A stretch of DNA of 64,000 nucleotides, taken from assembly GCA_951406725.2 (NCBI GenBank), contig OX597826.1:73408001-73472000 (forward strand), in the 5' to 3' direction. A model generated the notes under the pieces. It made no database searches, was not told the origin of the DNA, and saw only the letters and a list, made by a program, of their open reading frames with translations. This document shows positions 1 through 12,777 of the stretch, piece by piece. Source of the DNA: Octopus vulgaris. Taxonomy: Eukaryota. Each line of letters starts with the position of its first letter. Position 1 is the stretch's first letter. A program made the translations under genes and the position numbers.

Positions 1-54
1 CCAACAGATGTCAAAAAGTCGATGAAGCGGTTTATTTTGCGGTACAACTGATTG

Positions 55-265
55 CTGTTTAGCCCCAGGTCGACTATGATCCATCTCAACTATGATCAAA
101 GACTTTTCCGTCCTGACTGACCATTCCTCCCCCCCCTCTTTCTTTCAGACATACTGTATCTGGGACTAAATACACCACCGCCTCCCAAATTTTTTTTTAA
201 AGCAGTTGAGTGTGATTTTATGGATGTTTGGCTGCTATTTCTAAACAGGCCGAGAGACCATGTCA
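55..265 (-). mobile_element. Ancient dispersed repeat (old SINE-like), degenerate
   Basis: Shares TATGATCAAAGAC and GTGATTT..G..GA..TTTG.CTGCTATTT blocks, in the same order, with 56335-56550; opposite-orientation copy at about 5365-5540. Strand is a guess. Confidence 0.5.
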
Positions 266-475
266 AGCACCCAACCACCTTGGCTCTTGTTATATACAAC
301 TTATTTAGTCATAGAGACAGACAAATAGATTTTGTTTCTCATAATTTGTCATATTGCTTGGCAAATCATTATATTTTCCCTTTCACACAACATATAACGT
401 TTTATTCACGCATGTGGTTATACTATCAACCATGTAGAGGCTTTGTTCTTAGTTTTTTTTGTTTTTTTTTCTCAT

Positions 476-721
476 TCTACTATTGCCACAAGGCCTGAAA
501 TTTTAAGGGAAAAGGGCTAGTGGATTATTACATCGACCCCATTTCTCAACTGGTACTTATTTTATCGGCCCCAAAAGAGAAAAGCAAAGTCGACCTCGGT
601 CGTATTTGAACTCAGAACGTTAAGAGTTCGGTCGTATTTCAACTCAGAACGTTAAGAGCCGGAAGAAATGCCGCTAATCATTTTGTCCGGTGTGGTAACG
701 ATTCACCCAGCTCGCTGCCTA
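476..721 (-). mobile_element. SINE family A (tRNA-derived head, Meta-domain-like core)
   Basis: Minus strand reads AGGCAGCGAGCTGG..GTTCTGAGTTCAAAT..CCGAGGTCGACTTTGC..GATAAAATAAGTACCAG, matching more than 10 other copies in the window; has an internal 32-bp tandem duplication at 596-658. Confidence 0.85.
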
Positions 722-764
722 GTCTTGCGCCTAATTTTAAAACAATTATAAATAATATGGCAAT

Positions 765-2010
765 ATAGAGGCACAGTTCGTTTTCATAGTCTCTCGAGTG
801 ACTGTATAAGTCACCCATGCTGTTATATAGCCTTTCACACGCGTAGACAGTCCTCGATGTGGTTATACCACTCGACTGGTTGAATGGTCGCTCAAGTGGT
901 TATTATATAGACAACAAAAACGTTATATAGTAGCACAAATGGATATATTGTCACCTAAGCAATAGAGCCACCCGAATGGTTATATAGTTACTAGAGTGTT
1001 TATACTGTTAACTAAGCTGTCAATTGAGTGTCTATATATTGCTAATTGTGTGGTTAGATTGTCAATTAAATGGTTACACAGTCTACTGTGATCACATTGT
1101 CAATTAACAGTGGTTATATTGTCAACGCAATGTTATTGTTAACAATGTCGCTATTCAATCAACTAAGTAGTTACATTGCCAACTAATTGTGTATACTGTT
1201 AGTTAAGTGCTTACATTGTTAAGTAAGAGGGGTTATATTGTCAACTAAGAGAGTATATGGTCGTTTAATTGGTTATATTGTCAAATAAGTGGTAAAATAC
1301 GAACTGAGTGGTTATATTCTTTTCTACTCTAGGCACAAGGCCCGAAATTTTGGGGGAGGGGGCCAGGCGATTAGATCGACCCCAGCACGCAACTGGAACT
1401 TGATTTATCGATCCCAAAAGGATGAAAGGTAAAGTCGACCTCGGCGGAATTTGAACTCAGAACGTAAAGACAGACAAAATACCGCTAAGCATTTCGCCCG
1501 GCGTGCTAACGTTTCTGCAAGCTCGCAGCCTTAACTGAATGGTTATATTGACAACTAACTGGTTACACTGTTAACTATTTTTATACTGTCAACTAAGCGT
1601 GGGAACATTATCAAAATGGTCATATTGTCAATATCAACCAAGTGTATGCTTTGTCAACTAAATGTTTATACTGTCAAACAAGTAGTTGTATCGTCAACGA
1701 AATGGTTATCCTGTCAACTAAATTACATTGCTAGCTGAATATGCTATCTACGAAGTAGTTGTATCGTCAACAAATACTGTCAACTGTTTATATTGTCATC
1801 TAAGTAAATATACTGTCAACTAAGAGTTGTCATACTGTCAACTATCATTATATTATCAACCGAATGGACACATTGTCAACTCCTTAGTTATATCATTAAC
1901 TCCGTAGTTACAGAATCACTGTAGTTACCATTTGAGAGGTTACATTGCCAACTAAATGGTTGTACCGTCAACTCGGTAGTTATATTGTTAACTCTTGAGA
2001 ACATATTGCC
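765..2010. repeat. Degenerate ~20-bp minisatellite, consensus about GGTTATATTGTCAACTAAGT
   Basis: Dozens of imperfect GGTTATA(T/C)TGTCAAC units at about 20-bp spacing; interrupted by the SINE at 1319-1532. Confidence 0.85.
1319..1532 (-). mobile_element. SINE family A, full length with TSD
   Basis: B-box-like GAGTTCAAATTCC and core CCTTTCATCCTTTTGGGATCGATAAA on the minus strand; 17-bp TSD AACTGA(G/A)TGGTTATATT at 1302-1318 and 1533-1549. Confidence 0.92.
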
Positions 2011-2144
2011 CAAGATCGCTCACTGTGGCGAAGTGCCGTGTACTCTGGAGTACAGCACTAGGAATCGGAAATGATGGGAGAAACTAAAGAGAGGAGGGCT
2101 GGGTGGATCCTGATTCTAATAGCAAGTGATCTACTGTAACCATG

Positions 2145-2409
2145 TGGAGGCGCGTTGCTTAGTGGTTAGGGTGTCAGCACCATGATCGTAAGATTGTAGT
2201 TTCGATTCCTGGACCGGGCGACGCGTTGTGTTCTTGAGCAAAACACTTCATTTCACGTTGCTCCAGTCCACTCAGCTGGCAAAAATGAGTAACGCTGTGA
2301 TGGACTGGTGTCCCGTCCAGTTGGGGAACACATACGCCATAGAAACCGGGAAACCGGGCCCATGAGCCTGGCTAGGCTTTAAAATGGCGTATTTATTTAT
2401 TTTTCATTT
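2145..2409 (+). mobile_element. SINE family C (tRNA head, CORE-like block, V-domain-like block), full length with TSD
   Basis: A box TTGCTTAGTGG, B box GTTTCGATTCC, then GTGTTCTTGAGCAAAACACTT and GATGGACTGGTGTCCCGTCCAG; (ATTT)n tail; 13-bp TSD TACTGTAACCATG at 2132-2144 and 2410-2422; near-identical copy at 44901-45157. Confidence 0.92.
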
Positions 2410-2509
2410 TACTGTAACCATGGGTTTTATGCCAATACTAGCCCAACAAGCCACCTCAGGACCCACGAAGAGTAAAGCTGCTAATCTGCTCGTCTTCAGA
2501 AATATGAAG

Positions 2510-3060
2510 GACAAACGTCATACTGTCAGCGAAGGGTGTTATACTGTCTTATGCTGTCAGCCAAATGGCTGCATATGTTCATATAGTAAAATTACTTGTT
2601 ACACATGTAACACATGTACTTAAGTCACCAGTTAAGGACATATGCCAGCCATGTGATTAAACCACGTGTTACATATGGTAGTCTTGTAGTTAACTTACCA
2701 GTTGCATGTAGTGATCTTGTTGATTAACCGACACGAATTAATCATGTGTCAATCAGATGATTAAATCACCAGTCACATGGCATGTGTTAATGAAGTTACT
2801 TCCAATCGACACATGGTTCAGTCGCCAGTCACACATGGTTAAACCTCCTCCTGGTCCTCTATGTGTCAGGTATTCATCAATCACCTGCATCGATCATGCG
2901 ACCTCTACGTGGTTTATTTTACCCGGTGGCATATGTCAATCACGCAGCCGACCGGTTACATGTGTCATTCGCATGGTTTTGCTTTCCCACTTAGTTATAT
3001 ATGCCCCAATCAAGAAGGGAACACCAATTTAGCAAAGGTACACCGATTTACCTGTGATGA
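2510..3060. repeat. Degenerate ~20-bp minisatellite, consensus about CACCAGTTACATGTGTCAAT
   Basis: Recurrent ACCAGTT/ACCGGTT-ACATG-TGTCAAT motifs; a circular permutation resembles the 765-2010 unit. Confidence 0.6.
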
Positions 3061-3886
3061 ACACACACTTCCTGTTTTTCAAATGACTCAGCACAAAAAA
3101 AACCATCAAAAGAAAAAAAAATAGACAAAGGTTAAAAAACTAAGAAATATTTAGATGAGAAGCGAGGTGCAAAGATAAGGATGAAAGGCGGAGATTTTAC
3201 TCATAAAACGTATTTGATGTAAAGCGGTGACGGGGAAAATGGCCGCGTGTTTATTGTGAAGTAGATTTTTGTTGATCTTTTCTCCGTTTACCGAAAAGAC
3301 CCCCATTACAACTAATAATGCTGTGGAAATGTTGTTGCTGTTGGCGTCGTTGTAGTTATGTGCAGACGTAAGAAGTCACATGTTGCTCAAGTGTTGTCGT
3401 GACAATGTTGCTGCTGTTGAGGTTAACGTTGTTGTTGTTGTTGTTGTTGTTGTTGCTGTTGTTGTTGTTGTTGTTGTTAAGCAACAAGACGGGGTATGGG
3501 TGATTAGGTGATGGTCTAGGGCTTAGGAGCGGGAGACCCCACCAGACCTTGGAAAAAAAAAACTTTGGTCGTCTTGTTGTAGTCGAGGGCTCTTCGCTGA
3601 CGCAAGACACCACAGGGAGGTGGCCCTCCAAGTCGCTGGAAATGGAGATAGATCTCCAGGTCCAAATTCTTGGACGGCTGTTGCTGCTGTTGAGGTTAAC
3701 GTTGCTGTTGTTGTTGATGATGATGATAATGATAATGGTGGTTTTGTGGTCATCGCCATTGTCATCGTTGCTCGTGTGAAAAAAACAAAAAACAAAATGT
3801 CGTTTCGATTCTTAAATTAATTTTTTGATTACGGTTCAGTTATTGCAATTTCCAGTGCGAACTGAAGAACAATAGCAACGTGCATT

Positions 3887-3887
<1 letters not shown>

Positions 3888-3985
<98 letters not shown>

Positions 3986-3990
3986 CACAC
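3888..3990. repeat. (CA)n microsatellite
   Basis: About 100 bp of nearly perfect CA repeat. Confidence 0.98.
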
Positions 3991-4419
3991 ATATAATCGT
4001 ATAATACATATGTACGTACATGCATAAGTACATGATGTGTACATGCATACATACATAGATGCACTCATGCACATGCATACTATAAATGCACTCGTGCACA
4101 TACACACGCACGCACTCACTAATACAAACATGCACACGCACACATACACACATACATACGCATATAGATACTCACGTCCAAAAAGTTAATTATAAACAAA
4201 TATTTTATTAATGATGTATTAAATTAAACACATTTGTGTATTACTATATGCATGCAACATGTGTGTATGTGTGTTTGTGTGTGTGTTTAGATGAAGATTT
4301 GTGTATGTATACATATATTCACACAAATATATACATACACACAAACATTTGTGTTTCTGTATATATATATTTATATACATATATCTATCTATTCATCTAT
4401 CTATCTATACACACACACA

Positions 4420-4466
<47 letters not shown>

Positions 4467-4651
4467 TTATTTACACATATTGAGTACTCACACGCACGCA
4501 CACACACACACAAACACACACCAAGATATATTGTTATTTTGTCTTACAAGTTATTCAAAATAATCACTTTGTAATTACTCTGAATAAATCGAAAGAAGAA
4601 TCGAACTCCCCGCCTCCTCTCCGATATCAAAAATCTTTTTCCACTTTAAAT

Positions 4652-4721
<70 letters not shown>

Positions 4722-4941
4722 GTTGACCGAGGGGTTTCTCAGTCATTAAAACCATTAACAAACTAATTTGCAAAAAAAAAAGAAAAGAAAAATGCAAAAT
4801 TAAACTAAATGTTATACAGTAATTATATTTGCATGGAGCTTCGAGGTTTGGTGCTCGTCAGAAATTGCCAAAACTATCCCACTGGCGACCTATGCGTTCG
4901 TTTGCACACGCATGCGCGCGCAGACACACATATACGCATTA

Positions 4942-5130
<189 letters not shown>

Positions 5131-5364
5131 CATGCGCACATATATGACAGAGAGAAAGAAAGAGAGAGAGTGAGAGTAAACAATTAAGAGATGGAAATAT
5201 TAGAAAAGGAAGATAGAATAGTGGGGTGGAGGGGTAATCTGTGGTTCGAATACCACTGAGAAGGGAGATCATATTTTAAATCCAGTTCCCAGAACGTCAC
5301 TGTACCAACGTGATATTGTGAGCGGAACAACTTCGAGTGCCAGTCAGATCAGTCAATGTCTCAA

Positions 5365-5645
5365 CCTGGTCACCCAGTCTGCTTGAAATAACAAGTAAAT
5401 CTCCCTCAACACTGCCTGATGGTTTTAGAAACGGTTGCATTATTAGGACGTACTTCTTCACTGTCCTGCAATGACGTGATGGTTACGGCTATATTCTATC
5501 AATGGGCTGCTTGATTAAAGCTTGACCTGTGACTAAACGACCTCAGCAACGTCGGTGTAATACATTGATGTGATATTATACTAGGGTTATGATTTGAGGG
5601 AGATTTATTTGCAATGTTTAGCAGATCAAACGATCAGATTGAGGC
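5365..5645. mobile_element. Two opposed fragments of the ancient repeat seen at 55-265 and 56335-56550
   Basis: AAATCTCCCTCAA near 5400 is the reverse complement of TTGAGGGAGATTT near 5594 and near 56506. Confidence 0.5.
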
Positions 5646-6044
5646 TCTGATAGACTACAATAGAAATGGAAATGGATTTTATTAACGTCGTTAGGACCTA
5701 TCGATCACCCAATGGTGAATACATTAGGTTGGGACAGTGGAGGTTTTGGGGAACAGGGTTTGAAAAACCTGTTGCTCCTGTTGCCTTATATTCGGGCCAA
5801 GCGTGGGTGAGGGATTCATTTTTCCTCCCTTCAACCTATTCCATCTCTTTGTCTTTCTCCCTCGTTCTCTACTTCTCTCTCTCACACACACAATTTCATT
5901 ATATATATATATATAAATGGAACAAAAACGCAAACAAAAAATAGGGCATTAAAACGTTCGTACAGACAGACGATACAATGGCAGACAAGAGAAACAACAA
6001 TTAGGACAAGTCCCAGAAGTCACAACCATTTCTGGCAGTTACAC

Positions 6045-6046
<2 letters not shown>

Positions 6047-6135
<89 letters not shown>

Positions 6136-6234
6136 ATGTATGCATGTATGCTTGCAAGCATGCATGCATGTATGTATGTATGTATGTATGTATGTATGTA
6201 TGTATGCATGCATGTATGTATGTATGTATTTATG

Positions 6235-6297
<63 letters not shown>

Positions 6298-6392
6298 GTG
6301 TGTGTGTATGTATGTATGTATGTATGTATGTATGTATGTATGTATGTATGTATGTATGTATGTATGTATGTATGTATGCATGCATGTATATA
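6047..6392. repeat. Compound (TA)n/(TG)n/(TATG)n microsatellite
   Basis: Read directly from the sequence. Confidence 0.97.
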
Positions 6393-7135
6393 TGAGCAGG
6401 CTTGTAGCTGATAGTGAGTCATCTCAACAACGAGATTCGATCCATAGATTACATTGATCAAGATAGAAAACGAATTTGTGATTAATACACTGGATAAAAA
6501 TATATCACTCTAATACATCGTTGTAGCGAATTGGAGTGTGATAGTGGCTAAAGTCGGTTAGCTGTTAGTGAGTATTCCCAGATGGGCCATGATCCAGCGG
6601 TCCTATAATATGCAGAGAATCGATGGAACAACGAGGCGATAAGACTTATTAATAAGTACGTTGCACCTCACCAAGTATCGCGATGTCGTTAATTGTTTTA
6701 GTTCCATTATAGCATATCAGATCAATTAGCTTGTCAAACAATTCTCAGCAAATGCATTGTTTGTATGGCTGTAGTGGCTTTGGGGTTTGCTTGTTTAACG
6801 GTCACAGGTTTTGATGTATGGTTAAAGAAAGCGCATGGCTTCGGACCTGACCCAAATCTTCAGTCATGTTCGGAGAATGGGAAAATAAAATTAATTACTT
6901 GAATAAGGGCTTCCCGGTTTAACCCCACAACAACTTCACCTTTAGATGCTTTTAGTGGAGTTCAAAGTGTTGCGATATTTGGGTTAAGGACCCCACTTTG
7001 AGGACAGCTTCCTCCTTTATTCCTATCAATTTCAGAACCTCTGGAAAGGGTCTCATGAGCTCTAGTCTTCCTCCGCTCTATTCTTACTTGTTTGTGTGTG
7101 TTTCACACACACACGCATGCGCACATACATATTTA

Positions 7136-7785
7136 CAGCGGGGTGCAAAAGTAGGTATACAGTAAGTACTACATCAATGTTAGAGTACTTAATTCATCAA
7201 AATTATAAGCACATTAAATTTGGTTAGCTTCATTTTTTGATATTTTCAGTGTCATTAATCATAATAATAAACACATTTATCATAACCATAATCCTTTCCA
7301 TTACAGGCACAAAGCCTGAAGTTTTGTGGAGGGGAGGGGACTAGTCGATTATGTCGACCCCCAGAATTTCATTAGTACTTAATTTATCGATCCCGAAAGG
7401 ATGAAAGGCAAGGTCGACCTCGGAGGAATTTGAACTCAGAACGTAGAGACGGGCAAAATACCTGTTTCTTTACTACCCACAAGGGGCTAAACACAGAGAG
7501 GACAAACAAGGACAGACAAACGGATTATGTCGATTATAGCGACCCCACTGCATAACTGGTACTTATTTAATCGACCCCGAAGGGATGAAAGGCAAAGTCG
7601 ACATCGGCGGAATTTGAACTCAGAACGTAACGGCAGACGAAATACCGCTAAGCATTTCGTCCAACGTGTTAACGACTCTGCCAGTTCGCCGCCTTATTTA
7701 TCATAAATTGTAATAATACGTTTAACTTTTTGATAAAAATGAGTATTTTTTTTCATAAATGTATACTTGCTTTTGCATCACCCTG
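7136..7785. mobile_element. Tc1/mariner-type MITE containing a nested SINE
   Basis: Left TIR CAGCGGGGTGCAAAAGTAGGTATACA versus right TIR (reverse complement) CAGGGTGATGCAAAAGCAAGTATACA; TA on both flanks (7134-7135, 7786-7787). Confidence 0.75.
7286..7695 (-). mobile_element. SINE family A, dimeric form with TSD
   Basis: Two tandem B-box plus core units; 11-bp TSD ATTTATCATAA at 7275-7285 and 7696-7706. Confidence 0.9.
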
Positions 7786-7790
7786 TATAT

Positions 7791-7827
<37 letters not shown>

Positions 7828-7831
<4 letters not shown>

Positions 7832-8152
7832 CAAGTGTCTTCTGCTATAGCCCCGGGCCGACCAATGCCTTGTGAGTGGATTTGGTAGACGGAAACTGAA
7901 AGAAGCCTGTCGTATATATGTATATATATATATATATGTGTGTGTGTATGTGTGTTTGTCCCCCTAGCATTGCTTGACAACCGATGCTGGTGTGTTTACG
8001 TCCCCGTCACTTAGCGGTTCGGCAAAAGAGAGACCGATAGAATAAGTACTGGGCTTTCAAAGAATAAGTCCCGGGGTCGATTTGCTCGACGAAAGGCGGT
8101 GCTCCAGCATGGCCACAGTCAAATGACTGAAATAAGTAAAAGAGTAAAAGAG
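7828..8152 (+). mobile_element. SINE family B (CORE-like, internal TA/TG microsatellite), 5' truncated
   Basis: GGGCAAGTGTCTTCTGCTATAGCC..GGATTTGGTAGACGGAAACTGAAAGAAGCC..(TA)n(TG)n..CTTAGCGGTTCGGCAAAAGAG..CAGCATGGCCACAGTCAAATGACTGAAA; many copies in the window. Confidence 0.9.
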
Positions 8153-8197
8153 TATATATATATATATATAGACACAAACATATATACAACATACACT

Positions 8198-8232
<35 letters not shown>

Positions 8233-8829
8233 GCATATATTGCGATTGACTGACAGACAGAAGAGAACACCACCCACACCGTCCATTTCTCCCAGTCTAA
8301 AGGAATCCACTGCGACTTTTCAACATTCCTGGCGGGACTTTCTCCATTCAACACCTTGAAGGTAGGAGGGAGGAGAAGAGGGAGGAGGTAGAGTTGTGTG
8401 TGTCAGATGAGGTAGGAGGAGATGGATGTGAAGTAGTGGTGGGGAGGAGGTTAAGAGAAACGAGAGAGAGAGAGAGAGAAAGAGCATTATGGGAAGGAGT
8501 GTGTTATGTGCATGTGTATCTATAAATACGTGTGTGTATGTATATATATGTATATATATGTACGCGTGCGCGTGTGTTAATGTTAGTACAGCAACAGTCG
8601 GGGAATCCCCTCTACACACACCAAGCCTTTAGTTACCATCAGCAACAACTCACCGCCATTACCCCTAACTCTGTACTTCTGCTTCTTCTCTCTTGTCGTC
8701 TGTTTCCACTCATTTCTTCTGTCTTCTGATTCTGTTCTCAATTTTTTTCCTTCTGTCTTTTATTTTACCACTTCTTTTCAATCATTGGACAACAGCCACG
8801 CTACGGCACTGGCTTCAAGAGTTCTTCAC

Positions 8830-9012
8830 CAGTGGTTCCCAACCATTTTTCTACCTATGGACCCCTTTCATCCCTATTTTACTTGGGTGTACCCTCATAA
8901 CCATTTCGATGTTTAGACAATCCTATTACATTTTTTAAAATTAATTATCAGGAATTGTATATAAACATCATTTAAAATGTTCGGTGCATTGGACCCCGGT
9001 TGAGAATCATTG
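8830..9012 (+). mobile_element. hAT (Charlie-like) MITE
   Basis: Ends CAGTGGTTCCCAACC and GGTTGAGAATCATTG; subterminal GGACCCC; homologous to 39477-39734 and 26630-27142. Confidence 0.75.
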
Positions 9013-9216
9013 ATTAGGTCGAACAATTCGACTCCATTAGTAATTCTGTTGGTGTCACTTTCGACGAACCACCAACTTATGGGGACGTGAACAAACCAGC
9101 ATTGGTTCTTAAGCGGGTGGGTGAACAACGCGGACATAATGGGGCACACACATACATTAATACACACACACACACACACATATACATACATATATGCATG
9201 CATATACATATATTAT

Positions 9217-9583
<367 letters not shown>

Positions 9584-9777
9584 GCATATATATATCGTTT
9601 GTAAAAAACATAAATCCGAAGGAAGAAGCACACTCTAAGATGTAGAGCAGTATATATTAAAAATAGGGAAGGCAGGTTTATGGGATTACCTTGACCCTTT
9701 ATGGAGGGGAAACCTAAGGTAATCCCATAAACCGACCTTCCTCCATTTTTGATATATATATATATATATATATCTCG

Positions 9778-9943
9778 AGCCTCCACAGTTTCTGTCTTAT
9801 CAAATTCACTCACAATTCAAGAACAAACCAATGTCCGGTACTGGTCTATCGATGTAGACACTTGCCCAAAGTTCTGCCATTGTTCAGTAGGACTGAACCC
9901 GAAACCACATGGTTACAAAGCGAGCTCCTTAACCACACAGCCA
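9778..9943 (-). mobile_element. SINE family B 5' part, diverged
   Basis: AGACACTTGCCCAA..GGACTGAACCCGAAACCACATGGTT..TTAACCACACAGCCA. Confidence 0.75.
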
Positions 9944-10277
9944 TATCTTACATCTAATCATTTACTTCGTTCTTCCATTCTACTTTGTGTTTGTCTTTCT
10001 ATCTTTTATTCATTCTTCCTTTAATTTTACTCATTTCTTCTGTCTTCCGCCTTCTTATATCTCCTCCTACGCTTAGTCTTACTCCTTCTGTTCCCTCCTA
10101 CTTGTATTTTAGTTAGTCTTTCCCCTTTCCCCTTTTCTTGTTCCCTTTTTTTTTTTCTTTCACTTTCTCCTCTCTCCTCTGTCTTCGGCTTCTGTTTCCA
10201 AACTTCTTTCTTCCCCACCATCAACTTCGCTGCACCCAAATTCCTTTTTGACCCGTTGAACTTGTTCATTCCGTCAT

Positions 10278-10343
<66 letters not shown>

Positions 10344-10619
10344 CATACATACACACACACCCAAACTTTCAGCTTCATACCCATTATTATTGGAGCAACA
10401 GGATACAAGCCAGCCAGTCTGGAGCAACGTATGGCTGAACTTGGGTTCATGGGGAGAGGACGCAAGTCCTTAATTCATATCTGAGACCATAAAATTCCGC
10501 TAAACTTTCTTATGATTTAAAGGATCATGAACAAAACAACACTTTTTACTTCACAACTTCTCTACCGAGCAGGTGGTCGGTCAGAATTCACTCTGAATGA
10601 AAATATGAAAGGGGAAATC

Positions 10620-10992
10620 ATACATACATACATTAATACATACATACATACATACGTACATACATACATACATACGTACATACATACATACTTACATACA
10701 TACATACAAGCATACATACATACATGTATACATAATTATACATGCATACATACATACATACATGTATACATACATGCATACGAGCATGCATGCATACATG
10801 AATTACATACATGTATACATGCATACATTCATGCATGTATGCATACATAATGCATACAGGCATACATACATGCATACATATATACATGCATGCATACTTA
10901 CAAAGACACATCCATCCATCCATCCATCCATCCATACATACATACATACATACATACATACATACATACATACATACATACATACATACGTA
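10620..10992. repeat. (CATA)n-type compound microsatellite
   Basis: Read directly from the sequence. Confidence 0.95.
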
Positions 10993-11767
10993 CGGTTCCC
11001 AGAATCTTCTGGAAGAATCACCATGACTCAGTGTAACAAGGCCGGATCCCTGAATTACAAATTCAATCCATTCGACAGGTGGTCAATCACTTTCTCTCAA
11101 CCCACGTTCACTCTTGTAGTTTACAGAAGCTGGAGGGAAGTAGAGGGGACGGTCTGCCTCGGGCGGGGCCTGCTTGCTGTAGGCAGTATGTATTTTTGGG
11201 AGACAAGGGTGGGAGGCAAACTGAAGAGCCGTCCCGGGTTGCACACACTCTAGCTCCGCTAATGCCATTCAGAAAGTCCCGTGGGCCACAAATGCCCGTG
11301 ACTGGCCTAGATCGAACTGAGGCTATGCGAAACAAAATGTGCCCCAGACACCGCGCAGGGAAATCGAAACTGGAACCTCGTGATTGCGGAGCGTAGTTAT
11401 ACATGCATAACGACACGATGATCAGTGGGACGTATAGATGAGCTACACGGGGGCGGGGGGGGGGGGGAGGCAACAGGCATACGGGCCTCCACCACCACCA
11501 CCACTGTTACTATTACCACTGCCTTCATTCTGCACACACCTCACATTCCATCAGACCCTTTGCACCCCACTCACCTGCCACTGAGCCTTTCAGCCCCTTC
11601 ACCCCCTACTGGACCTTTCCCCATTCCCCAGTCTCCCCACCCCCAGGTCATTAGACATTCCTAAACATCTCTCTCTCTCTCTCTCTCCTTCTCTAAACTA
11701 CTTTATTATAGACCTTCCCACTATTCGATTTTATTCTGTCCCCTCTCTCCCTTCTCTCTCTCTCCCT

Positions 11768-11798
<31 letters not shown>

Positions 11799-11993
11799 AT
11801 TTCTATATGTTTTCTTTCTTCCTCCTTCCCTCGTTACTTCATCTGACATGCACCCCCCCTTCTCTGCCTTTCATTTTCCTCCCACTCTCTCCCTATTTCT
11901 CCCACTTTCAAAATACCTTTGTTTCTTACAACATATTTCTCTCTCTCCCCCCCTTTATTTATCCCCTCTTCCTCTCTCCCCTCCTCTCTCTGT

Positions 11994-12042
<49 letters not shown>

Positions 12043-12379
12043 GTCTCACTATTCCCGTCCATCGTCAGCAGCCGAGTCCAATTAAAGAACTCTGCTGTCA
12101 TGGTAATTCCTTATCACACACTTCACCCTTACTCCCACCCTATCCACCAACGCCTTCAAGCAAAACTTCCCCCACTCCCTCACCAAGCAACCATCATCAT
12201 CACCGCAACTCTTACCAACCACCATAACCAACACCACCACCACCACAACCACCGCCATCACCACCATTACCTCCAGCGCCATCTTTTCACCAAAGCAATT
12301 TCTTTTTAACAGAAACACTTCAAGGCAAAGATTCTTTCACTGTTCCTTTTATTTCGTTCAGCCTGTTGTTTATTATAAA

Positions 12380-12777
12380 CTAGCAGTATCGCCCGGCGTT
12401 GCTCGGGTTTTTAAGGGAAATAACTATATAAGCATTTTTAGAGAGTTATAGCCAAAAAATAGCCAAAAAAGCATTAAAAATGGAAAAAAAATGATGGTAA
12501 ATTTTTTTTTAAATCGTTGATTCATCGTAGACATTTTTAGAGAGTTACTTCCCTTATATAATAGCGAAAAAAATGCATTAAAATGGGAAAAAATTATGGT
12601 AAATTTTTTTTTAAATCGTAGACTCATCGTAGACGCGCGCTAATACCCAGATGGGCTCGATATGAATCACGACTATAAGATACCCGGTTTTGGTTAAACT
12701 GCACCGCAAAATGTGGGAGTAGTTAGGAATCTAAATCGTAGGAGACAGACACACAACTTGACTTTTATATATAAAGA
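12380..12777 (-). mobile_element. Non-autonomous Helitron
   Basis: Minus strand starts A|TCTTTATATATAAAAG and ends with hairpin CCCGAGCAACGCCGGG then CTAG|T; no TSD; second copy at 21144-21538; contains an internal duplicated block. Confidence 0.88.

Noticed and set aside
2145-2225. tRNA gene (A and B boxes), also at 15595, 44480-44557 and 45080-45157
   Set aside because: These are SINE heads continuing into conserved bodies bounded by TSDs, with no convincing cloverleaf or Pol III terminator.
11020-11400. GC-richer block with several overlapping ORFs
   Set aside because: Both ends loosely resemble a degenerate minus-strand family D SINE; no coding signature.
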